DNA of 64,000 bases from Oscillospiraceae bacterium. Its GTDB lineage: Bacteria; Bacillota; Clostridia; Oscillospirales; CAG-272. The notes beneath the pieces are model-generated. The model was given only the letters and a program-made list of their open reading frames with translations, had not been told where the DNA came from and did not search any database. Below are positions 19,627 to 28,121 of the stretch, piece by piece. The stretch covers positions 709 through 64,708 of the forward strand of contig SVSW01000001.1 in assembly GCA_015064095.1 (NCBI GenBank), read 5' to 3'. How positions within the stretch are numbered: position 1 is the first letter of the stretch; each line of letters starts with the position of its first letter. The translations under genes and the position numbers were made by a program.

Positions 19627-20922
19627 TTGAACGCCACAGTTGCTCTGCAAATACTTTTACAGCTCACACTTATTGCACTCAATGCGGTTTTCGCCTGCGC
19701 CGAGATCGCCGTTATACAAACGGGCAAAACAAAGCTCGAAAAGCTTTCCGACGAGGGCAACAAAAAGGCTCGACGTCTTTTAAAGCTTACTGACAATCCC
19801 GCAAAATTCCTTGCTACGATCCAAGTTGCGATAACGCTTGCCGGATTTCTCGGAAGTGCTTTCGCGGCTGATAATTTCAGCGTATACATAGTAAACGCTC
19901 TCAGCGGCAAAACGCCTCTTTCCGACGAGGTGATCGAAACCTTATCGGTTATACTTATCACTCTTGTGCTTTCGTTCATCACCCTCGTTTTCGGCGAGCT
20001 TGTACCGAAGCGCGTGGCAATGAAAAGATCCGAAAAGATCGCGCTCGGCATTTCGGGTCCCGTCAAATTCATCTCGGTCGTTTTTGCGCCCCTTGTTTGG
20101 CTTCTCACCGTTTCAACGAACGGGCTTTTGAGACTCATGCGAATTGACCCCAACGAATCCGAGGACGAGGTTTCGGAGGAGGATATTCTCATGATGGCCG
20201 ATGCCGGCAGCGAGCAGGGCTCTATCGACGAGGAAGAAAGCAAGATGATCCGCAACATCTTCGAATTTGACGATGTCACGGTCGGCGAGGCGGCAACGCA
20301 CCGCACCGAAATGTCCGTTCTCTATCTTGAGGACAGTGACGAGGAATGGGAGCGCACGATAATTCAAAATGACGTTGAATATTTCCCCGTTTGCGGCGAG
20401 TCCATTGACGATGTCAAGGGCATTTTAAACTCTAATATTTATCTGCGTCTGTCAAATCGCTCGCGCGATCACGTAATGAAGCACGCAGTCACGTCGCCTC
20501 TTTTTGTGGCACAGGTGACAAAGACCGATGCTCTCTTTAAAAAGATGAAGCACGACCGCACATATGCCGCGCTCGTCGTTGATGAATACGGCGGCACGCA
20601 CGGGCTTATCACGATGTCGGATCTCGTTGAACAAATAATGGGAGACCTTGAAGAAGATGACGAAAAAGAGATCGTTGAGTCCGGCGAGGGCTATAAGATC
20701 TCCGGAGCTGCGCCCCGTGAGAGTATCGACGAGCTTTTCGGTATCGACACAGGTGATGACGATTCCGCAACCGTTGGCGGATTTCTCATGGAGCAATTCC
20801 AAAAGATCCCCGCCGTCGGTGACGAGATCCTGGTTGACGGAGTTTATATTAAGGTCACAAAGGCCGATAACAAACGAGTTCTTGAGATCTACGCAGAAAG
20901 ATCGCAAAACGAAGAAGAATAA
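19627..20922 (+). CDS. CNNM/TlyC/CorC-family protein (DUF21 membrane domain + CBS pair + CorC_HlyC)
   Basis: 431 aa. N-terminal TM region with AEIAV, then a CBS-like region, then C-terminal GGFLMEQFQKIP...Y.I.V. TTG start about 10 nt after GGAGGA. Confidence 0.85.
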   Translation: MNATVALQILLQLTLIALNAVFACAEIAVIQTGKTKLEKLSDEGNKKARRLLKLTDNPAKFLATIQVAITLAGFLGSAFAADNFSVYIVNALSGKTPLSDEVIETLSVILITLVLSFITLVFGELVPKRVAMKRSEKIALGISGPVKFISVVFAPLVWLLTVSTNGLLRLMRIDPNESEDEVSEEDILMMADAGSEQGSIDEEESKMIRNIFEFDDVTVGEAATHRTEMSVLYLEDSDEEWERTIIQNDVEYFPVCGESIDDVKGILNSNIYLRLSNRSRDHVMKHAVTSPLFVAQVTKTDALFKKMKHDRTYAALVVDEYGGTHGLITMSDLVEQIMGDLEEDDEKEIVESGEGYKISGAAPRESIDELFGIDTGDDDSATVGGFLMEQFQKIPAVGDEILVDGVYIKVTKADNKRVLEIYAERSQNEEE

Positions 20923-21051
20923 GAAAATATTTCTTGCCTTACGGAAGGTCTTTTTGCAAATTTTACTCAGTATGTTTACAAACAGCAAGGATTGTGATAC
21001 AATAAAGGCATCTGAGCATGACAAATTTAAACAACTAAAAAGGGGCGCACA

Positions 21052-21783
21052 ATGATTCGAGTGCTGGTTTGGAATGAATTTAAGCATGAGCAGGAGAGCA
21101 AAAAAGTTGCTTCTGTTTATCCGAACGGAATTCATAGCGTAATTGCTGAGTTTTTAGAAAAAGAAAAGGATATCGTTGTGAAGACTGCGACATTGTATGA
21201 TGAAAACTGTGGAATCACGAAAGAGCTTCTTGACGCAACCGATGTTCTGATCTGGTGGGGTCACGCCGCGCACGAGCGCGTTCCCGATGAGGTTGCAAAA
21301 ATGGTTCGTGATGCCGTTCACGAGGGAATGGGAATGATCTTTCTTCATTCTGCGCATCATTCAAAGCCGTTTCGTCTGTTGATGGGAACACCGTGTAACC
21401 TGACCTGGAGAGAATCCTGTGACTCTGAAATCCTTTGGGTTATCGATCCTTCTCACCCGATCACTCGCGGTATCGACCGATACTTTAAGTTGGATGCCGA
21501 GGAAACCTACGGAGAACCATTCTCGGTTCCAAATCCCGATAAGGTTCTTCTGATCGGTAACTACTCCGGAGGCGAGGTGTTCCGTTCAGGTCTGCTTTAT
21601 GAGCGCGGAAACGGAAAGATCTTTTATTTCCAGCCGGGTCATGAAACCTTCCCGACCTTCAAGATTCCAGCCGTGCAAACTATAATTACAAATGCCGTTC
21701 GCTTTGTTGCGCCGAGCTACCGCCAGGTGATCCCTTGTCCTAATGTCAGAAAGATCACGGACAATATGCCTTACGTAATATAA
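21052..21783 (+). CDS. ThuA-domain protein (class-I glutamine-amidotransferase-like fold)
   Basis: 243 aa. IRVLVWNEF.HE, LIWWGH and FYFQPGHE are typical of ThuA-like proteins. Confidence 0.7.
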   Translation: MIRVLVWNEFKHEQESKKVASVYPNGIHSVIAEFLEKEKDIVVKTATLYDENCGITKELLDATDVLIWWGHAAHERVPDEVAKMVRDAVHEGMGMIFLHSAHHSKPFRLLMGTPCNLTWRESCDSEILWVIDPSHPITRGIDRYFKLDAEETYGEPFSVPNPDKVLLIGNYSGGEVFRSGLLYERGNGKIFYFQPGHETFPTFKIPAVQTIITNAVRFVAPSYRQVIPCPNVRKITDNMPYVI

Positions 21784-21791
21784 AATCAGGC

Positions 21792-21830
21792 AAAAGGACA
21801 GAGAATGTAAAAATCATTCTCTGTCCTTTT
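21792..21830. terminator. bidirectional intrinsic terminator
   Basis: 16-bp stem AAAAGGACAGAGAATG / CATTCTCTGTCCTTTT between convergent genes. Confidence 0.8.
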
Positions 21831-21858
21831 GTTGTTGGTATGCAATTGTTATTTTTTA

Positions 21859-23496
21859 CTAAATCAGCTCATTTTGGCTTGCGACAAGGCTCTTTGCTCC
21901 GTATATCTCGCGAAGCTTCGGCTTCTCGATCTTTCCGGTAGGATTTCGCGGCACATCGGCAAAGATCACTCGGCGCGGACGTTTATAGCGAGGCATTCCC
22001 TCGCAAAATGCATTAAGCTCGTCTTCTGTCAGGCTCGCGCCCTCCTTGAGCTCAACTATCGCTGCGGCGATCTCACCAAGACGCGCGTGAGGCAGTCCTA
22101 TAACCGCGACGTCCTTTACTGCATCGTGCTTTCTTATGAAATTCTCGATCTCGACGGGATAGAGATTTTCTCCGCCCGTGATAATAACGTCTTTCTTTCT
22201 GTCAACGAGGTATATAAAGCCCTCGCTATCCTCTCTTGCCATATCTCCGGTCAAAAGCCAGCCGTCGCGCAAGACCTCATTCGTTGCCTGCTCGTTTTTA
22301 TAGTAGCAGCTCATAACTCCTGGGCCCTTCACGCAAAGCTCTCCGACCTCGCCGGGCTTGACGGGCTCGCCGTCATTTCCGATGATCTTGGTATCCCAGC
22401 CAAAGCCTGCTTTGCCTATCGCGCCGACCTTATGTATATTTTCAACGCCGAGGTGCACGCAACCGGGTCCTATGGATTCGGAAAGGCCGTAGTTCGTATC
22501 GTAATCGTGCTTCGGGAAAACGGATTTCCAGCGTTTTATAAGAGAGGGCGGCACCGGCTGTGCGCCGATGTGCATAAGTCTCCACTGCGAAAGCCTGTAA
22601 TCATCAAGATCTATCGCTCCGCGCTCAATATCATCAAGCATGTCCTGCGCCCACGGAACAAGCAGCCAAACGATCGTTGCCTTCTCTTCCGAGATCGCCT
22701 GAAGCACCCACTCGGTCTTGACCCCGCGCAAAATTACCGCGCGGCTTGCCGAAAGCAAGCTTCCGAACCAATGCATTTTTGCTCCCGTGTGATAAAGCGG
22801 AGGAATGCAAAGAAACACGTCATCGTGCGTTTGGCTATGATGCGCCTGCTCCGCGCGGCACGCGTGCATTAAACTTTCGTGCTTGTGCAAAATTGCTTTT
22901 GGGAAGCCCGTTGTTCCCGACGAGAAGTATATAGCTGCAAAATCATCGTCCAAGATCTCGACCGGAGGCACAACGGTTGAGCAATAATAAGTCATCTGGT
23001 CGTAATTATCCGCATATTCGGGCGTTTCTTCCCTTTTGCCGACGAAGAAATAATCATCGATCTTCATATCCGCGCGAACGGCGTCAACGCGCTCGGTAAA
23101 TTCCGGACCGAAAACGAGCATATTGACATCTGCAAGATCAACGCAGTATTTGATCTCCTCTGCGGCATAACGGTAGTTCATAGGAACGGCGAGCGCGCCC
23201 GTCTTTAAAATTCCGAAATATATCGGCAGCCATTCAAGGCAGTTCATAAGCAGTATTGCGACCTTATCGCCCTTTTTTATACCGCGTGTGAACAGCAGAT
23301 TGGCAAAGCGGTTTGCCTTAATATCAAATTCGCGCCAAGTCATCTCGCGGCGGTATTTTTCACCCGACGCTTCAATAAGATTATATTCACGCCACGTAAC
23401 GTTCGTTTCGGGCTGATTTGCCGGATTTATTTCGACCAGACTGATCTCCGTCGGATAAAGCCGCGCGTTTCTTTCGAGTATTTCTGTAATCGGCAT
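21859..23496 (-). CDS. AMP-dependent synthetase/ligase (adenylate-forming, acyl/aryl-CoA ligase-like)
   Basis: 545 aa. Motifs YFSSGTTGFPKAI, YGLSE, TGDMA, DRKKDVIITGGENLYP and GKIEK. Starts 12 nt downstream of the symporter stop, with an AAGGAAAA RBS. Confidence 0.85.
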   Translation of the reverse strand: MPITEILERNARLYPTEISLVEINPANQPETNVTWREYNLIEASGEKYRREMTWREFDIKANRFANLLFTRGIKKGDKVAILLMNCLEWLPIYFGILKTGALAVPMNYRYAAEEIKYCVDLADVNMLVFGPEFTERVDAVRADMKIDDYFFVGKREETPEYADNYDQMTYYCSTVVPPVEILDDDFAAIYFSSGTTGFPKAILHKHESLMHACRAEQAHHSQTHDDVFLCIPPLYHTGAKMHWFGSLLSASRAVILRGVKTEWVLQAISEEKATIVWLLVPWAQDMLDDIERGAIDLDDYRLSQWRLMHIGAQPVPPSLIKRWKSVFPKHDYDTNYGLSESIGPGCVHLGVENIHKVGAIGKAGFGWDTKIIGNDGEPVKPGEVGELCVKGPGVMSCYYKNEQATNEVLRDGWLLTGDMAREDSEGFIYLVDRKKDVIITGGENLYPVEIENFIRKHDAVKDVAVIGLPHARLGEIAAAIVELKEGASLTEDELNAFCEGMPRYKRPRRVIFADVPRNPTGKIEKPKLREIYGAKSLVASQNELI

Positions 23497-23508
23497 AATT
23501 TTTTCCTT

Positions 23509-25047
23509 TTATTCAAGATGTTCTTTTATACTTGTTGTAACTTCCTTGTCGTAGCACGAGAACGTGTCATCAAGGAGCTCTTTTTTAGGCTTTGGCGTCA
23601 AGAGGCTGACGATCGGCACGATCACAAAGCCTGCAAGCATCGTAAATGCTCCGCAGTTGATCGGCGACTGAAGCCATACGGGGAAAAAGCTCTTTGCGAC
23701 CATATTAAGAACCATGACAGTCACGCCAAAGCCGAAGCAGACCCAGGTTGCTGCTTTTGTCGTTCTTTTCCAGTATAGGCTGAAAAGATACGGTGCAAGG
23801 AATGCGCCGGCAAGCGCGCCCCAGGAAATTCCCATCAGCTGTGCTATAAAGACCGTGTTTGCCTTGTATTGCAGGATCGCAATAAAGGCGGAGATCACCA
23901 CAAAGAATATAATAAGCACGCGCATCGTTGTCATCTGCGTATTTTCCTTCATATTCTTGACAACATTTCCCTTTATAAGGTCAAGCGTGAGCGTCGAGCT
24001 TGACGTCAAAACAAGAGATGAAAGCGTGGACATGGACGCCGAAAGCACGAGGATCACGACAACTCCGATAAGAACTGCCGGCAGATCCTTTAACATTGCG
24101 GGTATGATGGCATCAAAGCCCTCTTTTGCAACGTCAACGGGGAAAAGTCTTCCAAAGCCGCCGAGGAAGTAACAGCCGCCGGCAACGATAAGCGCAAATA
24201 CCGTTGAAATGATAGTTCCCTTTCTGATCGATTTCTCGTCCTTTATCGCGTAAAACTTGCCGATCATCTGCGGCAATCCCCACGTTCCGAGTGAAGTGAG
24301 AATTACAACGGAAAGCAGATCAAAAGCATTGGGACCGAAGAACGATGCGTATGCACCCGGAACGGTGCTGTCGCCCTTGACATTTGCAAGCTGCTCAAGC
24401 GCCGCCGTAAAGCCGCCCTGTCCGTTCAGCACAGAGGCGATGACCGCCACAATACCGATGAGCATTATAATTCCCTGAATAAAATCGTTGACCGCCGTCG
24501 CCATGTAGCCGCCGACAACAACATAAATGCAAGTAAGCACCGACATTCCGACGATACACCAAATATAATCAATTCCGAATGCCATTGAGAAAAGTCTTGA
24601 AAGTCCGTTGTAGAGCGATGCGGTGTACGGGATCAAAAATACAAAAATAATGATAGACGCACCGATCTTAAGAGAGGGGCTCGCAAAACGTTTGCCGAAA
24701 TAATCTGGCATCGTTGCCGTTCCGAGCTTTTGCGTGATCAGCCTTGTGCGGCGTCCCAGTATAACCCACGCAAGCAACGAGCCGATAAGCGCATTTCCGA
24801 TCCCTATCCAAGTTGATGCAACGCCGAACTTCCAGCCGAACTGACCTGCGTATCCTATAAATATGACCGCAGAAAAATACGATGTCCCGTACGCAAACGC
24901 TGTCAGCCAAGGGCCGACCGAGCGTCCGCCGAGGACGAAGCTGTTAACGTCTGTTGAGTGACGTCGGCAACGTATACCGACATAGATCATCACGCCGAAG
25001 AACACGACGAGCATAGCCACCTTGATGATCATTTCAATAGGATCCAC
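23509..25047 (-). CDS. sodium:solute symporter (SSS family, PutP/PanF-like)
   Basis: 512 aa with about 13 hydrophobic segments. N-terminal FVLGGRSVGPWLTAFAYGTSYFSAV is typical of SSS. GTG start 5 nt after AGGAGGA. Confidence 0.85.
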   Translation of the reverse strand: MDPIEMIIKVAMLVVFFGVMIYVGIRCRRHSTDVNSFVLGGRSVGPWLTAFAYGTSYFSAVIFIGYAGQFGWKFGVASTWIGIGNALIGSLLAWVILGRRTRLITQKLGTATMPDYFGKRFASPSLKIGASIIIFVFLIPYTASLYNGLSRLFSMAFGIDYIWCIVGMSVLTCIYVVVGGYMATAVNDFIQGIIMLIGIVAVIASVLNGQGGFTAALEQLANVKGDSTVPGAYASFFGPNAFDLLSVVILTSLGTWGLPQMIGKFYAIKDEKSIRKGTIISTVFALIVAGGCYFLGGFGRLFPVDVAKEGFDAIIPAMLKDLPAVLIGVVVILVLSASMSTLSSLVLTSSSTLTLDLIKGNVVKNMKENTQMTTMRVLIIFFVVISAFIAILQYKANTVFIAQLMGISWGALAGAFLAPYLFSLYWKRTTKAATWVCFGFGVTVMVLNMVAKSFFPVWLQSPINCGAFTMLAGFVIVPIVSLLTPKPKKELLDDTFSCYDKEVTTSIKEHLE

Positions 25048-25077
25048 AAGATCCTCCTTTCTCGGAGGGTATAAAAT

Positions 25078-25350
25078 GAAAAAGCCCTCCGCATCAAAAT
25101 TGATACAGAGGACGGATACACCGTGTTACCACCTCAATTCACCGCACTCTCACGGGTGCGGCCTCAAAGGGTACAAAAAATACCCCACCGCTTTAACGGG
25201 CGTACCCGTTGCCGCCTACTCGGATCTCTCCTTTCGGGGCACAGCTCACGAAATGTATTCGGCTACCGTCCACCTGCGATCTTTCACCGACCGATCGCTC
25301 TCTGCAAGGCTTTCCGATACCTACTTCTTCCCGGTCACAGCTTTTAATGG
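25078..25350 (-). promoter_or_regulatory. T-box leader RNA (tRNA-sensing riboswitch); specifier read as UAC (Tyr)
   Basis: All sequences below are minus-strand RNA.
- Stem I contains GCAGAGAGCGAUCGGUCGGUGAAAGAUCGC, which has the AG bulge and the GGUGAAA distal loop.
- The specifier loop reads GAA-UAC-A-UUUC (the codon is + strand 25255-25257).
- Stem III is GCCGCAC...GUGCGGU.
- The T-box sequence is AAUUGAGGUGGUAACACGG (+ strand 25121-25140).
- The terminator is GUCCUCUG...CGGAGGGC followed by UUUUU (25078-25113). Confidence 0.75.
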
Positions 25351-25354
25351 AACC

Positions 25355-25383
25355 ATTTTAGCACCATTTTTTTCGTTTGTCAA
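25355..25383 (-). promoter_or_regulatory. sigmaA-type promoter for the T-box leader
   Basis: Minus strand: TTGACA, 17-nt spacer, TGcTAAAAT. Confidence 0.6.
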
Positions 25384-25393
25384 TAGTTTTAAT

Positions 25394-25425
25394 AAAAAAA
25401 GAAGACCCGCGGGTCTTCTTTTTTT
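25394..25425. terminator. bidirectional intrinsic terminator
   Basis: GAAGACCC-gc-GGGTCTTC flanked by an A-run and a T-run, downstream of the minus-strand gene 25434-25751. Confidence 0.75.
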
Positions 25426-25433
25426 ATCCTATA

Positions 25434-25751
25434 TCAGCCTGAATTTCTCATCATGAAACGCACGATAAGAGTTTGGATACCGTGCAGAGCAAGAAAAACC
25501 GTGAAGGAAACCGCGATCACGCTGCAAAGAGAGTACGACACAACAAGCAGTATATTATCGGGAATATAAGTATTCAAGAATTGCTCCATCGTATGGGGAC
25601 GGCCCTTCTCAATATACGGAATAGAATACTGAACGTAGAGAAGATAAAATGTTGTAAGTGCAGAGCAAACGGCCATAAAAAAGAGCTTGATTGCCAAAAA
25701 TACTTTCTTAAGTGTATTTACCTGATCTCTGCGAGAAACTTCTTTTTTCAT
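25434..25751 (-). CDS. small hypothetical membrane protein
   Basis: 105 aa with two clear hydrophobic segments, followed by a terminator. No family recognised. Confidence 0.5.
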   Translation of the reverse strand: MKKEVSRRDQVNTLKKVFLAIKLFFMAVCSALTTFYLLYVQYSIPYIEKGRPHTMEQFLNTYIPDNILLVVSYSLCSVIAVSFTVFLALHGIQTLIVRFMMRNSG

Positions 25752-25944
25752 TAAATTACCCCCAACACAAGGATTTTACCTTAGTATTATACAATAAATT
25801 TTTATTTCTGTCAAGGGAGTATTTGATTTTTAGTTATTATGCTATGCTAAGAGTTCAAAACTTGTATATTTTGTCCATAAGACGGCGTTTTTTGAAGAAA
25901 AAGCACAATCTTTCAAAGAATGACGAAAAATTTTAAAAATACTA

Positions 25945-25973
25945 TTGACAACAAAAAAGAGTTGTGATATTAT
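25945..25973 (+). promoter_or_regulatory. sigmaA-type promoter for the tRNA cluster
   Basis: TTGACA (25945-25950), 17-nt spacer, TATTAT. Confidence 0.55.
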
Positions 25974-25997
25974 ATTAGGGCGGTTCGGGCAAAGCCT

Positions 25998-26071
25998 GCG
26001 GGTGTAGTTCAATGGTAGAATCCCAGCCTTCCAAGCTGGTCGTGTGGGTTCGATTCCCATCACCCGCTCCA
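25998..26071 (+). tRNA. tRNA-Gly (anticodon UCC)
   Basis: Hand-folded cloverleaf. Acceptor GCGGGTG/CACCCGC, anticodon stem CCAGC/GCTGG, loop CTTCCAA, T-loop TTCGATT, encoded CCA. Confidence 0.9.
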
Positions 26072-26092
26072 GATTGCCCGCCGCGTTTTTAT

Positions 26093-26169
<77 letters not shown>

Positions 26170-26177
26170 TATCGTAT

Positions 26178-26255
26178 GGTGAGCGTAGCTCAGTTGGTTA
26201 GAGCGCCAGGTTGTGGCCCTGGAGGCCGTGGGTTCGAATCCCATCGCCCACCCCA
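26178..26255 (+). tRNA. tRNA-His (anticodon GUG)
   Basis: Extra 5' G(-1), anticodon stem CCAGG/CCTGG, loop TTGTGGC, T-loop TTCGAAT, encoded CCA. Confidence 0.9.
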
Positions 26256-26258
26256 AAA

Positions 26259-26292
26259 ATCGACAAGTTTCGAAAGAAGCTTGTCGATTTTT
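26259..26292 (+). terminator. intrinsic terminator after the tRNA cluster
   Basis: ATCGACAAG ... CTTGTCGAT followed by TTTTT. Confidence 0.75.
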
Positions 26293-26453
26293 ACTTCTTC
26301 ACTATTACCTCTTCACTTTTCACTCTTCTCTCGAAACGTGTCGATTAGGTAATAGGCAAAAGTGAATAGTGAATATGTGCTGATGTAGCTTTTCTCTTTT
26401 TAGTCGAAAAGCCTTTAACTATAAATTTGTATCGTGCCTTCACGAAAAAGAAA

Positions 26454-26494
26454 GCCCCGACCGGTTGCGCTATGCTTCCCGTCGGGGCTTTTTT
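26454..26494. terminator. bidirectional terminator-like hairpin
   Basis: GCCCCGAC ... GTCGGGGC flanked by an A-rich tract and a T-run. On the minus strand it follows the 38-codon ORF at 26513-26629. Confidence 0.55.
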
Positions 26495-26762
26495 AAGGCT
26501 TTGCCTTATTTTTTAGTTTGTTGTTCCCACGTTTTTAAGGGTGGGGTGCTGACCTTCAGCAAAGTTCCAATCATCGGCAGACCAATCGAGAGTGGTAGTC
26601 TGGAATGTAACAGACTGCAATTCGGACATTTCCTTTGCGATACCATATGTATTCGTAGATCCTCCCGAAACCGTCTGTCCAATATAACGGTAGCAGTTGG
26701 TTATTCTATATATACTGTCCCATTATCGTTCACTTTTTATCTTAAAAATCTCCAAAAATCTC

Positions 26763-26791
26763 TTGACTTTTTTATAAGTCTGGTTTAGAAT
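26763..26791 (+). promoter_or_regulatory. sigmaA-type promoter for the MFS/PHP operon
   Basis: TTGACT, 17-nt spacer, TAGAAT. Confidence 0.5.
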
Positions 26792-26834
26792 GTAGTCGGC
26801 AGTATTATGACATTAAAAAATTCGAGGTTCTGTA

Positions 26835-28121
26835 ATGCAACAATCAGTTAAAAGAAAGTTAAGTCTTCTTCCTTACATATATATCGCATGCGCGTTTTTT
26901 GTTTATCTCGCCGTTTATTCCGTAAGGGAATTGCTTGGTGCCGTTTCGCCAAGCCTTCTTGCGCTTTCGGTATTCAACGAAGATACGTTGGGCGTTTTTT
27001 CGTCTATTATGTTTGCGTTCTACGGCATAGGACAGTTTGTAAACGGATTTCTGGGAGAAAAGCTGAACGTTAAGTTTATGATCACCGCAGGACTTGTAAG
27101 CGCTGCACTGTGTACGCTCGGATTTGCAATTACCGACAGCCTTGCGCTTCGGTACGTGCTTTGGGCAATATGCGGATACTCGCTCTCCATGCTTTACGGA
27201 CCCTTGACCAAAAGCGTTGCTACGCATTTGAGCAGCAATCTTGCAAGGATCGCATACGTATTTTTGTCTGTTGGCGCGATCCTCGGATCAACAGTTGCGG
27301 GATTTATCGTTGGCCTTTGCGATCAATGGTACGTTTCGTTCTTTGTGACCGCAGCATTTCTTGCCATACCGCTGGTGCTTTTCCATATCGTAAATTCCCG
27401 ATTTGAAAGAATTGCCGCAAAAAAGAAGCAGGACGAAAAGTCCGAACAAACGCAAGAGGCTGTTCAGGCAAGCGAGGAAAGCTTCAACATTCGCAAGTTT
27501 ATCTCTTGCTTCGGTTTGACTACGCTTTGCTTCCTTGCTGTTAATATGATACTTAAAGCAGCAAGGCATGCCGTTTCCTTCTGGGCGCCGACATATCTTG
27601 CTGATGCGCTTGGCTTTGAGCCTCGCACGGCTGCCTTGATTTTTGGACTGACGGCTGTGATCAAGGTCGTAGCTCCGTTTTTTGCATTGGCAATTTACAA
27701 GTGGGTGAAGGAAAACGAGCGCGTGGTGATCTTGATCTCCATGGTCATTTCTGCGTCGTGCTTCTGCTCCATGCTCGTGATCAAAAATCCCCTTGTACAG
27801 GTGGTTCTTTTTACGGTTGCGCTGTTCTTTATTGAAGCCTCCGGCTCTATCATCGGCTCGGTGTTCCTTCTCAGCTTTAAGCAGTTTGGTTGCGTCAGCG
27901 CTATCTGCGGCTTCTTTGACAGTATTGCATATCTGACGGCGGCTGTTTGTACCGTACTTTTCACCAGCGTTCTTTCGGGTGGCGGCTGGACGGCAGTACT
28001 TTGGGTCTGGACGGCTTTGCCCATAGCGGCGGGGCTCGTGATCGCCGTGGTGGTCAACAAAAAGAAATTTTATGTTTCCACAGATAAAAAACACAAGATC
28101 AGAAAAGGAGAACAACAATGA
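26835..28121 (+). CDS. MFS transporter (possibly organophosphate/sugar-phosphate antiporter-like)
   Basis: 428 aa with 12 predicted hydrophobic segments and a central charged loop (KKKQDEKSEQ). The subfamily is a guess. Confidence 0.8.
   Translation: MQQSVKRKLSLLPYIYIACAFFVYLAVYSVRELLGAVSPSLLALSVFNEDTLGVFSSIMFAFYGIGQFVNGFLGEKLNVKFMITAGLVSAALCTLGFAITDSLALRYVLWAICGYSLSMLYGPLTKSVATHLSSNLARIAYVFLSVGAILGSTVAGFIVGLCDQWYVSFFVTAAFLAIPLVLFHIVNSRFERIAAKKKQDEKSEQTQEAVQASEESFNIRKFISCFGLTTLCFLAVNMILKAARHAVSFWAPTYLADALGFEPRTAALIFGLTAVIKVVAPFFALAIYKWVKENERVVILISMVISASCFCSMLVIKNPLVQVVLFTVALFFIEASGSIIGSVFLLSFKQFGCVSAICGFFDSIAYLTAAVCTVLFTSVLSGGGWTAVLWVWTALPIAAGLVIAVVVNKKKFYVSTDKKHKIRKGEQQ

Noticed and set aside
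21829-22872. 347-aa plus-strand ORF
   Set aside because: Antisense to the adenylate-forming ligase, whose motifs are clear on the minus strand.
25022-25456. 144-aa plus-strand ORF across the symporter upstream region
   Set aside because: The region is explained by a T-box leader RNA and its promoter on the opposite strand. There is no RBS.
26465-26788. 107-aa plus-strand ORF in the tRNA-His / MFS spacer
   Set aside because: It starts inside a terminator hairpin, has no RBS, and runs through the predicted MFS promoter. It is likely spurious.
27288-28118. 276-aa minus-strand ORF
   Set aside because: Antisense to the MFS transporter. The product would be a highly basic, low-complexity protein.
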